In this document: positions 26,601 through 35,242 of the stretch, piece by piece | Layout: every line of letters starts with the position of its first letter | Position numbering within the stretch: position 1 is the stretch's first letter | DNA from: Bdellovibrionota bacterium | GTDB taxonomy: Bacteria > Bdellovibrionota_C > UBA2361 > SZUA-149 > CAZDWZ01 | Assembly (NCBI GenBank): GCA_046328905.1 | Contig: JAXLVP010000002.1 | Location: 197,499 to 261,498 of the forward strand | Length of the DNA: 64,000 nt | Direction: 5' to 3' | Program-made: the position numbers and the translations under genes | Notes under the pieces: generated by a model | Database searches by the model: none | What the model saw: only the letters and a program-made list of their open reading frames with translations | What the model was told of the DNA's origin: nothing

Positions 26601-27830
26601 ATGGCCACCGCTGCAAAGATCAAATCAGACGAGAAGCTTGCGATTCACGGCGGTACACCGGTTCGTTCGACCAAGATGCCCGCGCGCTTCGCTTTCGGGC
26701 CGGATGAAGAAGCGATGCTGATGGAATGCATCCGTTTCTATCGTGAGCGCGGCGAAGATCCCGGTTATCAATCGTTTTACGAAGATAAATACTGCGACGA
26801 GTTCGCTCGCTACCAGGGCGGCGGATATGCCGACGGCGTAAGCTGCGGCACTGCGGGTGTGTTCGTTGGGCTGAGAGCGCTCGATCTGCCACCGGGCAGC
26901 GAGGTCATCATATCTCCGGTGACCGACAGCGGTCCACTTGGCGCGATTATTCTTCAGGGATTCGTGCCAGTCGTCGCTGATGCGGCGGTGAACAGCTTCA
27001 ACATGGGCGTCGAACAGTTCCTTGCGCGAATCACTCCACGCACCTCTGCGCTCGTAGCAATTCATGCGGGAGGTGAGCCACTCGAGATCGATCGCATTGT
27101 CGAGGAAGCTCACAAACGCGGGATCAAAGTTCTCGAAGATTGCAGCCAGGCAACGGGCGGCTCTTGGAAAGGAAAGAAGGTCGGGACGTTTGGCGACATC
27201 GCGGCATTCTCGACCATGTATCGCAAGAACTTGGCCGCGGGCGGGAGCAGCGGAATTCTTTACACCACGGATCACGATCTTTACCAAAAGGCGCAGGGCC
27301 ATGCCGATCGCGGAAAGCCGGTATGGAAACGGCACGAGCTTGATCTGCGGAATCCGGGATATGCAGCATTTCCCGCTCTGAATTTCAACACGGACGAGTT
27401 CCGCTGCGCAGTCGGTCTCGCTTCGCTTCGCCGTCTCGACGAGTGCAACGAGAAACGGAAGGCGTTCCTCCGACGACTGCTTCCACGCATGAAAGAGGAA
27501 TGCAGCTCGCTCACCCCATTCAACTTCCACGAGGGCTTCTCGCCATTTTATTTCCCGATACTCGTTGACGAATCCCAACTGACCTGCACCAAGCTCGACT
27601 TTGCGAGAGCTGTGGCAGCGGAAGGGATCGGACTTGGAGACCACTACGGATGCCTGGTGAGCACCTGGCCCTGGGCGCAGGAGTATCTTTCCGACGACTT
27701 CGTCACGGTGAACGCTATCAGTGCACGCGATCGATCGTTCAATCTGTACGTGAACGAATGCTACGGCGAACAAGAGGTCGAGGATTGCATCGCCGCATTC
27801 TCGAAAGTAGAACGACATTATTCTAGGTAA
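26601..27830 (+). CDS. DegT/DnrJ/EryC1/StrS-family PLP-dependent sugar aminotransferase
   Basis: VLEDCSQATGG ... FGDIAAFSTMYRKNLAAGG block with the PLP lysine context typical of this family. Confidence 0.8.
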   Translation: MATAAKIKSDEKLAIHGGTPVRSTKMPARFAFGPDEEAMLMECIRFYRERGEDPGYQSFYEDKYCDEFARYQGGGYADGVSCGTAGVFVGLRALDLPPGSEVIISPVTDSGPLGAIILQGFVPVVADAAVNSFNMGVEQFLARITPRTSALVAIHAGGEPLEIDRIVEEAHKRGIKVLEDCSQATGGSWKGKKVGTFGDIAAFSTMYRKNLAAGGSSGILYTTDHDLYQKAQGHADRGKPVWKRHELDLRNPGYAAFPALNFNTDEFRCAVGLASLRRLDECNEKRKAFLRRLLPRMKEECSSLTPFNFHEGFSPFYFPILVDESQLTCTKLDFARAVAAEGIGLGDHYGCLVSTWPWAQEYLSDDFVTVNAISARDRSFNLYVNECYGEQEVEDCIAAFSKVERHYSR

Positions 27831-27849
27831 TTGCTGACAGGAGCGGGCT

Positions 27850-28674
27850 ATGTCGGTCTTCGAAACGTTCATTGATCCGAACGAAGAAGCGCTCGGAAAC
27901 AAATTTCTCACGCAGGGCTATCTCAATCACCCGGTAGACAATCGTTCGGCACTCGATGCGCTGCGACACGCAATTGTGGAGATTGTCGCTGAACATATCG
28001 GAGCGCCTCTTCCGAAGGACGAAGCGCATTTCTTGAACTTCGTTCATGAGCAGGTGCCGGTTGAAAAGCTGAACGATATGCGACTCAAGGTGTTCAGTAA
28101 GATGAACGCCATTCCGTGGTTCAAACCGACGTATTACGGCCTCGCCAAATCAGCGCTCGACGCCGTCGTGGGAAATGAGCTCGCGATGCAGAGCAGCGTC
28201 AACCTTTCGGTCCAATATCCGAATGACAGAAGCTCGCTCCTCAGCGTACATGCTGATACCTGGTCAGAAGAGTCTCCCTTCCAAGTCGTCGCTTGGCTCC
28301 CTCTCGTTGACGTCTACGACACCAAGGCGATGTATCTGCTCAGTCCGGAGAAGAATCGCACGGTGAACAAGCGACTTCGGGACATTTCAAAAACGGGCGG
28401 ATCGGACAAGCTCTTCGAAGCATATGAGAAGGATTTCGAATGGGTAAAGGTCCCGTACGGAAACGTGCTCGTGTTCTCACCGAACTTGCTTCACGGAAAC
28501 GTTGTGAACGTGACTCCTGAGACGCGCTGGTCGATGAACGTCCGCTTCAAAGGCCTTTTCACTCCGTACATGAGCGAAGAAAAGAAGCTGGGGGATTTCT
28601 ATCTCCCGATTACGACTAAGGTCGTCACTCGCGTCGGCATCAACTACAAAGTGCCGGAGGGATTCGATGAGTAG
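27850..28674 (+). CDS. PhyH-like Fe(II)/2-oxoglutarate-dependent oxygenase (putative)
   Basis: HxD (LSVHADTW) ... distal His (LLHGNVV) ... Arg (RWSMNVRF) arrangement compatible with the 2OG-oxygenase facial triad. Confidence 0.5.
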   Translation: MSVFETFIDPNEEALGNKFLTQGYLNHPVDNRSALDALRHAIVEIVAEHIGAPLPKDEAHFLNFVHEQVPVEKLNDMRLKVFSKMNAIPWFKPTYYGLAKSALDAVVGNELAMQSSVNLSVQYPNDRSSLLSVHADTWSEESPFQVVAWLPLVDVYDTKAMYLLSPEKNRTVNKRLRDISKTGGSDKLFEAYEKDFEWVKVPYGNVLVFSPNLLHGNVVNVTPETRWSMNVRFKGLFTPYMSEEKKLGDFYLPITTKVVTRVGINYKVPEGFDE

Positions 28675-29128
28675 TACAGCTTCAGCTCGAAACGTCCTTC
28701 AGGGCTATGTCGTGAACGTCGCGTTCGGCAATTTGCGCGTCCCGGCGCCGATGCAAAACCTCATGTTGCGTGACTACGCGGCGAAGAATAACCTGATGTT
28801 CAAGCTCTCTGTCGGCGAATACTCGTTCCCGGGGTGTTACCTCCAGCTTGAAGGGTTGTATCCCCTCCTTCGGACCATTGAAGGGATTGGGATGTGCAGC
28901 ATGTTCATGCTTCCCAAGCATGAAGAGCGACGACGTCTTGTCTACCAGAAATGTATCGAGGCTGGTGCTGCGATCCACCTACTCCTCGAGAAGGTCGTCA
29001 TCCGTGATTGGACGACCGTAGAGCGCGTCGAGGATGTGCTGCGGTTTCATCGGGCGATTGCACAGAGCCCGACGACGATTCCGACGGAGCTGTTGCCGAA
29101 ACTGCCAGTCCCTGATTGTTTCACCTGA
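28667..29128 (+). CDS. hypothetical protein (operon member, unknown function)
   Basis: 153-aa ORF whose start overlaps the upstream stop; no recognisable motif. Confidence 0.4.
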   Translation: MSSTASARNVLQGYVVNVAFGNLRVPAPMQNLMLRDYAAKNNLMFKLSVGEYSFPGCYLQLEGLYPLLRTIEGIGMCSMFMLPKHEERRRLVYQKCIEAGAAIHLLLEKVVIRDWTTVERVEDVLRFHRAIAQSPTTIPTELLPKLPVPDCFT

Positions 29129-29134
29129 GGAAGT

Positions 29135-29608
29135 ATGGTCACGGACGTTGTCACCCGCCTTGCAACCGCAGACGACCGCACCGCGTTGTGGGAATGGTAC
29201 CGCGACCCTGTTCGCTATTCTTTCTTCAAGACACAACCGGCCGTCACGAAAGATCAAAGCCGAACGTGGTTTAATCAGTTCCTAACGTCTAACCAGCGCA
29301 CTCGACTTTACGTTGTCCTTGTCGACATTATCCGCATTGGTTTTGTTCGACTGGAGCTGGTCCGTCCGGACGAATTTGAAGCAACAATCTTCATCCGCCC
29401 TCCCTATCTTGGGAAGGGTTTCGTCCCGAGAGCGTTAATCTCAGCGACATCGGAGTTAAGAAAGCATCGGCCCGGTGCACGCGTGTTTGCAAACGTTCGA
29501 CGATCGACTCCACAAGCCGAGCAGCTTTTCGCGAGCGATGAATTCTTCACTGAGCCGCACGGTGACAGCGCTTTTCGCGTAAATGTAATCCAAGGAGCCC
29601 TTCGATGA
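29135..29608 (+). CDS. GNAT-family N-acetyltransferase (putative)
   Basis: IFIRPPYLGKGFVPRAL resembles GNAT motif A (acetyl-CoA binding loop). Confidence 0.45.
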   Translation: MVTDVVTRLATADDRTALWEWYRDPVRYSFFKTQPAVTKDQSRTWFNQFLTSNQRTRLYVVLVDIIRIGFVRLELVRPDEFEATIFIRPPYLGKGFVPRALISATSELRKHRPGARVFANVRRSTPQAEQLFASDEFFTEPHGDSAFRVNVIQGALR

Positions 29609-30300
29609 AGATCCTTCTTTTGGGACCACTTTGGCGGAACGCTCCGATCCGCGACTTCTTGCAATCGAAGGGGAACGAAGTTGAGTGCACGGGCGAGCCG
29701 ATCACGCTAGACTTTGCTCAAAGCAAACACATTGAATTCATCATTAGCAGCGGTTACGGGCCGATCATTCGACCGGAAGTGGTTCACGCATTCCCGAGAA
29801 GAGTGATCAACCTGCATGCGACATATCTGCCCTACGGTAAGGGCATCGGCACTACGTTCTTTTCCGTTTTTGAAGGTACGCCGACGGGGGTGTCGATCCA
29901 CTACATCGACGAGAAGATTGATACCGGTGACGTGATTGTGCGGCGACTGGTTCCTTATTCATCTGGCGATACTCTGCGCACGTTCTACGGGAAGCTGCTT
30001 GCCGCAACTGAACAGCTCTTTCGAGACACCTGGGATCAAATTGCTGCGTCGACTAATCCGACGATTCCTCAACGGACGTTTGAGCTGTCGGTCCCCTATC
30101 GTAGCCGTGTCGACTCTGAGCGGTTCATGGACCTGCTTCCCCTTAAATGGGATACACCGCTCACAACCGTAGAGGCGATGGGGGCCGAGTTTTTCTGCTC
30201 TGAGAATTTTTGGTTGAGGTTCGAAGCGGATATTGTCCCTGCCGGAGCATCCGAAGCAACAGTATCCGCAAGCACCGACCGGCTCAAACCAGGGAGCTAA
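29605..30300 (+). CDS. formyltransferase-family protein (sugar N-formyltransferase-like)
   Basis: INLHATYLPYGKG (N-x-H ... LP) and IDTGDVI motifs match the Fmt/PurN-type formyltransferase catalytic core. Confidence 0.65.
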   Translation: MKILLLGPLWRNAPIRDFLQSKGNEVECTGEPITLDFAQSKHIEFIISSGYGPIIRPEVVHAFPRRVINLHATYLPYGKGIGTTFFSVFEGTPTGVSIHYIDEKIDTGDVIVRRLVPYSSGDTLRTFYGKLLAATEQLFRDTWDQIAASTNPTIPQRTFELSVPYRSRVDSERFMDLLPLKWDTPLTTVEAMGAEFFCSENFWLRFEADIVPAGASEATVSASTDRLKPGS

Positions 30301-30331
30301 CCCTGCCCCAACTGACGAAATCGGGGCAAGG

Positions 30332-30880
30332 TCAAACGAAAATATACTCGTGCACGCATCTGTACGCGATATTTGTGTTTTCGGCTGAGCTCGCATTGGC
30401 AAATTCACCGACACCCGCGTATAAACACGAACCGTTACCTACCACCGGCACTTGCATGTGCTGTGTGCCGGAGGCGCTGTCATATTCAAGTATTGAGAAA
30501 TTGCTAGCCCATTCAAAACCATTGGTCATATTAATGAGCCCGGTCGGAGATAGCTGACAGGCAATCTTAAATTCGACTGGCTCTGGAAGTCGCTTTCCCA
30601 GCGAAGCACAATTTTGACGGCAATCCTCCCAAGCAATACCCGATCCGGAACTTTCGTCCTTATCGATACAAAATCCCGTCGGACCACCCGTTCCTCCAGC
30701 GCCGACTGGAACAAACACTTCGGACGAAGCACAATTATTAATGTGCGGATGGAAAAGCCCGTTGTCCTTCATTTCTTGATTGATCATGTCCGAGCCAGCC
30801 GCTTGCGCCCAACTGCACGCAGGAACAACCAAACAAACCGCACCTATTAGAACTAAAGCTGCAAATGTCGTCCGTTTCAT
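30332..30880 (-). CDS. small secreted Cys-containing protein, paralog B (possible DUF1566/Lcl-like lectin-fold domain)
   Basis: Signal peptide (AALVLIGAVCLVVPACSWA), GGAGG RBS; conserved blocks shared with paralog A (GIAWEDC..C...GKRLPEP.EFKIACQLS). Confidence 0.65.
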   Translation of the reverse strand: MKRTTFAALVLIGAVCLVVPACSWAQAAGSDMINQEMKDNGLFHPHINNCASSEVFVPVGAGGTGGPTGFCIDKDESSGSGIAWEDCRQNCASLGKRLPEPVEFKIACQLSPTGLINMTNGFEWASNFSILEYDSASGTQHMQVPVVGNGSCLYAGVGEFANASSAENTNIAYRCVHEYIFV

Positions 30881-31017
30881 AGGTCCTCCATTGAATCGTA
30901 AAAAACTGCCCGCCGGGCCGAATTTAAATCACATATGCGGCTCGCCGCATGGCAAAAGTTTGCGACATTACCGATAATTACGACATCTAATGAGCTTATA
31001 ACCGACATTACCGACTT

Positions 31018-32982
31018 ATGCTCAGCTCCATCTACGACTACAAAACCCAGCTAACGAAACTCGCAGATGAGTTGCTTGCTCGCGGCGAGGTGACGGAAGC
31101 CGAGTTCATTTTGCGTCGAATGGTGGAACACTATCCTTCCCTTGGTGAAGGCTGGCGGCGCCTCGCGAACGTCTTGGTGAAGCTCGAGCGGTTCGACGAG
31201 GCAGAGGAGACTATCGCGCGCGCCTGTGCAATCGATCCTCATGATGCAGAATCGTACCTTGTAAAATGCTCTCTCGTGGAAAAGCTCCGCGGTGAACAGG
31301 AAGCTGAGAAGCTGCTCAGGGCTGGAGTTGCTGGTCGTGAGCAGTGGTGGAAAGTCCGAGTCGCCCTCGCACAGCTACTCGTTCGAACGGGGCGTGAGGC
31401 AGAGAGCGAATCGATTCTCCAGTCCCTGCTCGATGAGCAGTGGGACGCGGATATTGCTGCAGACCTTGCAGGCGTCAAGCTTCGCCTTGGCAAGCTTGCG
31501 GAAGCGCAAGCTCTCATCGTTCGATTCTCGAGTGAGGGCGCCGCGCCACAGAAACTATTCGATACCGCACGCGCGCTCGTCGAAGCAAAAGCTCACGATG
31601 CAGCATGGCAGTTCATTCAAGCCCTGCTTGGTGCAGGGATTATCGACGAACAGGTTTTCCAGTCGCTCGGTGAGCTGCTGACGCAGATTCACGGTCCCGA
31701 ATCAGGACTTCAGTTTTTTGAGAGCGTGCTCAAGCAAAGCAACAGCAAGAACTTGCGCGAGTCAGCGGTAAACGCCGCCGTTGAAACTCGCGCACCGGCG
31801 TTGATTTCGCTGAGCTCGAAGCGCCGCGCCGTCTTCGTGGCTGAGATTCCTAAGGTCCGAGAGACCAAGCTCGCGGCCGGACTACGCGCGTTCGGATGGG
31901 AGGTAATTCTCCTCTGCAAGAAGGCGCCCGACTACGATATCTCGCTTTATTTCGACGCGATGATTCCCTTCGGGACTGCGGAAGAAGCGCAGTATCTCGC
32001 TCGTCGTCTCCATGCGAGCATCTTTCATGTGTTCGCCTCCGCGGTTGATGAAACTGCTCTTTCGTTCATCAAAGACAAACCGGGGGTCACTTTGTTCGAC
32101 GTCACCGATGTGTTCGACGGCATGATCTACGAGCACCCGGCGCTCATGGAAGCGCAGCGCTATTGTTTCCTGAACGCAGACGGGCTTGTTTGCCGCGACC
32201 TCCAAACAAACTTGCCGCTCAAGCGCGCAGGTCTTTCGCGGCCGAAGCACACCCTGTTCTTTCCAGAATTCTGCTGGAACACGACTCCGAAAATCGTCGA
32301 CCGCCCGGGACCAGAGCTCCATATTGTCCAAGCGGGATGGATCGATCTTCAGGGAAAAACCGAACGTAAAGAAAGCAGCGCCTTTGACCTCTTCCAGGCG
32401 TTTGCTCAAGCCGGAATCCACGTACATCTCTACAAGCACATGCTCTTCGGCGATGCAGATCCTAGAACGCTGTACGGAGATTTGTACGAGCTACAGATGC
32501 AGTACGGCTGCGTCCACATCCACCAGACCGTACCGGTGAACCGTATCTGCAGCGAGCTGACGCAGTACCATATCGGGATGAACATCGCAGCACACACCGT
32601 CTTCATGAGCCGTGAGACGAAGCACTCCAAGAATGCGTATCACTTCTCGCTTTGCGGCTCCTCGCGAAATGTCGACTATTTGGAGGCCGGCCTTCCTGTC
32701 CTGCAAAGCGCAGACCTTACGTTCCAAAAGTTTATGCTCAAACGGATGGGAGTTGGATTCCCACTCAAGAAGCAACACCTGAACGATCTGAAAAACTATC
32801 TATCGCAGTATAATTCGCGTGAGGCTCGGGAGAAGATCTATTCTCGCAGGGAGAAATACTCGGTCGCATCACAGTCACATCGGCTGGCTTCGTTTTACGA
32901 CGCATGCTTGGGATATACCGAGCCGGTCAAGGAAAGGGCTTTCGACGTGAACGTTATCCCTTCATTCCCACCCTTCGCTTGA
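31018..32982 (+). CDS. TPR-repeat protein with C-terminal GT-B-like (glycosyltransferase-like) domain
   Basis: N-terminal about 250 aa with TPR-like helical repeats; C-terminal region with GT-B-like features (VDYLEAGLPVL); architecture reminiscent of TPR-glycosyltransferases. Confidence 0.45.
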   Translation: MLSSIYDYKTQLTKLADELLARGEVTEAEFILRRMVEHYPSLGEGWRRLANVLVKLERFDEAEETIARACAIDPHDAESYLVKCSLVEKLRGEQEAEKLLRAGVAGREQWWKVRVALAQLLVRTGREAESESILQSLLDEQWDADIAADLAGVKLRLGKLAEAQALIVRFSSEGAAPQKLFDTARALVEAKAHDAAWQFIQALLGAGIIDEQVFQSLGELLTQIHGPESGLQFFESVLKQSNSKNLRESAVNAAVETRAPALISLSSKRRAVFVAEIPKVRETKLAAGLRAFGWEVILLCKKAPDYDISLYFDAMIPFGTAEEAQYLARRLHASIFHVFASAVDETALSFIKDKPGVTLFDVTDVFDGMIYEHPALMEAQRYCFLNADGLVCRDLQTNLPLKRAGLSRPKHTLFFPEFCWNTTPKIVDRPGPELHIVQAGWIDLQGKTERKESSAFDLFQAFAQAGIHVHLYKHMLFGDADPRTLYGDLYELQMQYGCVHIHQTVPVNRICSELTQYHIGMNIAAHTVFMSRETKHSKNAYHFSLCGSSRNVDYLEAGLPVLQSADLTFQKFMLKRMGVGFPLKKQHLNDLKNYLSQYNSREAREKIYSRREKYSVASQSHRLASFYDACLGYTEPVKERAFDVNVIPSFPPFA

Positions 32983-33031
32983 AATCAGCGATTTCCCGCT
33001 CGGAGAAGCTAGAATAGGGCTAAAACCTTCG

Positions 33032-33907
33032 CTACACCCGCTCCAGGAGATACCCGGATACAATATGTCCAAGCATGCGGACGGTCACCTCGAAGTAGCC
33101 CCCGCGGCCGGCGCCTGAGGGAACGTATATGTGTTTCTGTGCCCGGACGTTTCCGGCGTCGGCACCTACGATGGCCACCGTTCTTGCGCCCTGCTTGTTC
33201 GCTTGATCGAGCGCTCTTCGAACGCTGTTCGATTTGCCTCGGGCAGATATTCCGATCACGAGGTCGTTCTGCTCGAGCTCCGCTTTGAGCTGCTTCACGA
33301 ACGCAAACTCGTACCCCGGATCTTCCACGCTTGGAGCTTGCTCTTCAACTTCGTCGTTGAGGCACGTTACGGTGAACGGGGCGGTGACCGCAGTGATGAG
33401 GTCATTCGTGAGAAGAGACGCGAGATGCGCACCCGAGGCGTCGCCGCAAATGAAGATGCGATTGCCGTTCTCCTTCGCGGTGGCGATTACTTGCGCGAGA
33501 GCGCCGATTTCAGACGCGCGAAGCCCGTGCAGTGCTTTGCCGATGCTGGAGAGGTAGCCGGTGAGATAGTCTTGGAACTTTCCTTCCGAGGCCGGCTTCT
33601 CTTTCGGTAGCTCTCGCTCGATGAGGGTAAGCGCAGCTCGGCGCTTCGAAATGCTTTTCACGTCTGCGTTGGACCGAACGAGCAGCACCTGCGCACCCGC
33701 CCTCTTCAGCTCGCGGAATGACGTTTCGAGCTCGCGCCGATCGGCGGAGCGTCGAACCAGGAGTGGCCCGTTATCGAAGATTCCGTCGAGCTCGAAGATG
33801 CGAGAGATGGCATGGCCACGAAGGGCTTTCGCAACCCTCTCCTTCGAATCCTCGGCATCATCGCGAACACCTTCCAATATCAGCTCAAAGCAATCGGAAC
33901 TCTTCAT
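33032..33907 (-). CDS. SIS-domain sugar-phosphate isomerase (GmhA-like) with about 100-aa N-terminal extension
   Basis: C-terminal SIS motifs (IFICGDASGAHLASL; LVIGISARGKSNSV; VAIVGADAGN); N-terminal domain unassigned. Confidence 0.6.
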   Translation of the reverse strand: MKSSDCFELILEGVRDDAEDSKERVAKALRGHAISRIFELDGIFDNGPLLVRRSADRRELETSFRELKRAGAQVLLVRSNADVKSISKRRAALTLIERELPKEKPASEGKFQDYLTGYLSSIGKALHGLRASEIGALAQVIATAKENGNRIFICGDASGAHLASLLTNDLITAVTAPFTVTCLNDEVEEQAPSVEDPGYEFAFVKQLKAELEQNDLVIGISARGKSNSVRRALDQANKQGARTVAIVGADAGNVRAQKHIYVPSGAGRGGYFEVTVRMLGHIVSGYLLERV

Positions 33908-34137
33908 GAGGCAACCTTGGGAAAACGTTTCTGAAACCAGCCAAGCTAAGAGGCTGAATGGTTTAGATGCACTGAAACCGTGCTCGAATTCCGATTATTT
34001 GCAGTGGCCGATTGAGGCTGAATCAAACTCGCCGGACATGCGAAAAAGCATACATACAGGGCCTGGATTTTAGCATCAGTATCAGACCTACGATAAAGTG
34101 GCGTCTGGAGGCGTTCTCCGCTAGGTAATCGGACACT
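33908..34137. promoter_or_regulatory. divergent intergenic region (putative promoters)
   Basis: 230-bp gap between the SIS gene (-) and wecB-like gene (+). Confidence 0.25.
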
Positions 34138-35241
34138 ATGCTGAAAGTAATCAATATCGTCGGCGCACGGCCGAACTTCATGAAAATTGCCCCGCTTGTC
34201 AGGGCATTTGGCGAAAGCCCCGTTTTTGAGCAGCGGCTGGTTCATACTGGGCAGCATTACGATCCAGGGCTGTCGGACATATTTTTTCAGGAGCTTGGCA
34301 TCCCGGCGCCGGACGTGGCGCTCGGCGTCGGCTCTTTTCCTCGAGAAGAGCAGATCGCAAAGATTGAAGAGCTCTTCGAACCGGTGCTCGTGAAAGAGCA
34401 GCCGGACCTCGTTCTCGTCGTCGGCGACGTGAATTCAACTGTCGCGTGCGCTCGTGTGGCCCGCAAACACGATGTGAAGGTCGCGCACGTCGAAGCAGGG
34501 TTGCGAAGCTTCGATCTCAGAATGCCGGAAGAGCACAATCGTATCGCAACCGACAAGATCTCGGATTTCCTCTACGTGACTGAGCAGGCCGGACTCGAGA
34601 ACTTGGCGCGAGAGCAAGTTCCCGGACGAGCGGAGCTCGTCGGCAACGTCATGATCGATACGCTCGTGTATCAACTCGAACGGGCACGAAAGACGACAAA
34701 GCTGTCCGAGCTTGGGCTTACGCCTGGCAGCTACATTGTTTCCACTTTCCATCGACCGAGCAATGTCGACTCGCGGGAGACTCTCGAGAAGCTACTCGAG
34801 ATTCTCGAGCTCGTGACTTCATTCGGCTCTCTCGTACTGCCTCTCCACCCGCGAACTCAGCACTCGATGGAGTCTTTCGGGCTGGCCGATCGGCTTCGCG
34901 GAATCGAGAATCTTCACCTGACACCTCCACTCGGCTACCTGGATTTCATCGGGTTGGTCGCGAGCGCGAAGGCCGTCGTGACTGACTCCGGCGGCATCCA
35001 AGAAGAGACGACGTATCTCGGTATTCCATGCCTAACGATGCGTGAGAATACCGAGCGCCCAGTCACTATCGACCTCGGCTCGAACATGCTCATCGGCTCG
35101 GACCTCAACAAGCTTCGCACCGAGCTCGAAAGGATTAAGTTGGGACGCTACAAGAAAGGTGCGATCCCTCCGCTCTGGGATGGCCACGCAGCAGAGCGGA
35201 TCGTCCGCGACCTCGCCGCACAGCTGAAGAAAAGGAACTAG
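34138..35241 (+). CDS. wecB: UDP-N-acetylglucosamine 2-epimerase (non-hydrolysing, WecB/MnaA family)
   Basis: Hallmark motifs GARPNFMKIAPL, HVEAGLRS, TDSGGIQEE; 367 aa. Confidence 0.85.
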   Translation: MLKVINIVGARPNFMKIAPLVRAFGESPVFEQRLVHTGQHYDPGLSDIFFQELGIPAPDVALGVGSFPREEQIAKIEELFEPVLVKEQPDLVLVVGDVNSTVACARVARKHDVKVAHVEAGLRSFDLRMPEEHNRIATDKISDFLYVTEQAGLENLAREQVPGRAELVGNVMIDTLVYQLERARKTTKLSELGLTPGSYIVSTFHRPSNVDSRETLEKLLEILELVTSFGSLVLPLHPRTQHSMESFGLADRLRGIENLHLTPPLGYLDFIGLVASAKAVVTDSGGIQEETTYLGIPCLTMRENTERPVTIDLGSNMLIGSDLNKLRTELERIKLGRYKKGAIPPLWDGHAAERIVRDLAAQLKKRN

Positions 35242-35242
35242 C

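Noticed and set aside
26625-27911. 428-aa minus-strand ORF overlapping the DegT aminotransferase gene
   Set aside because: Antisense shadow ORF typical of GC-rich DNA: Arg-rich, low-complexity translation with no motif, whereas the plus-strand frame has clear DegT motifs and operon coupling.
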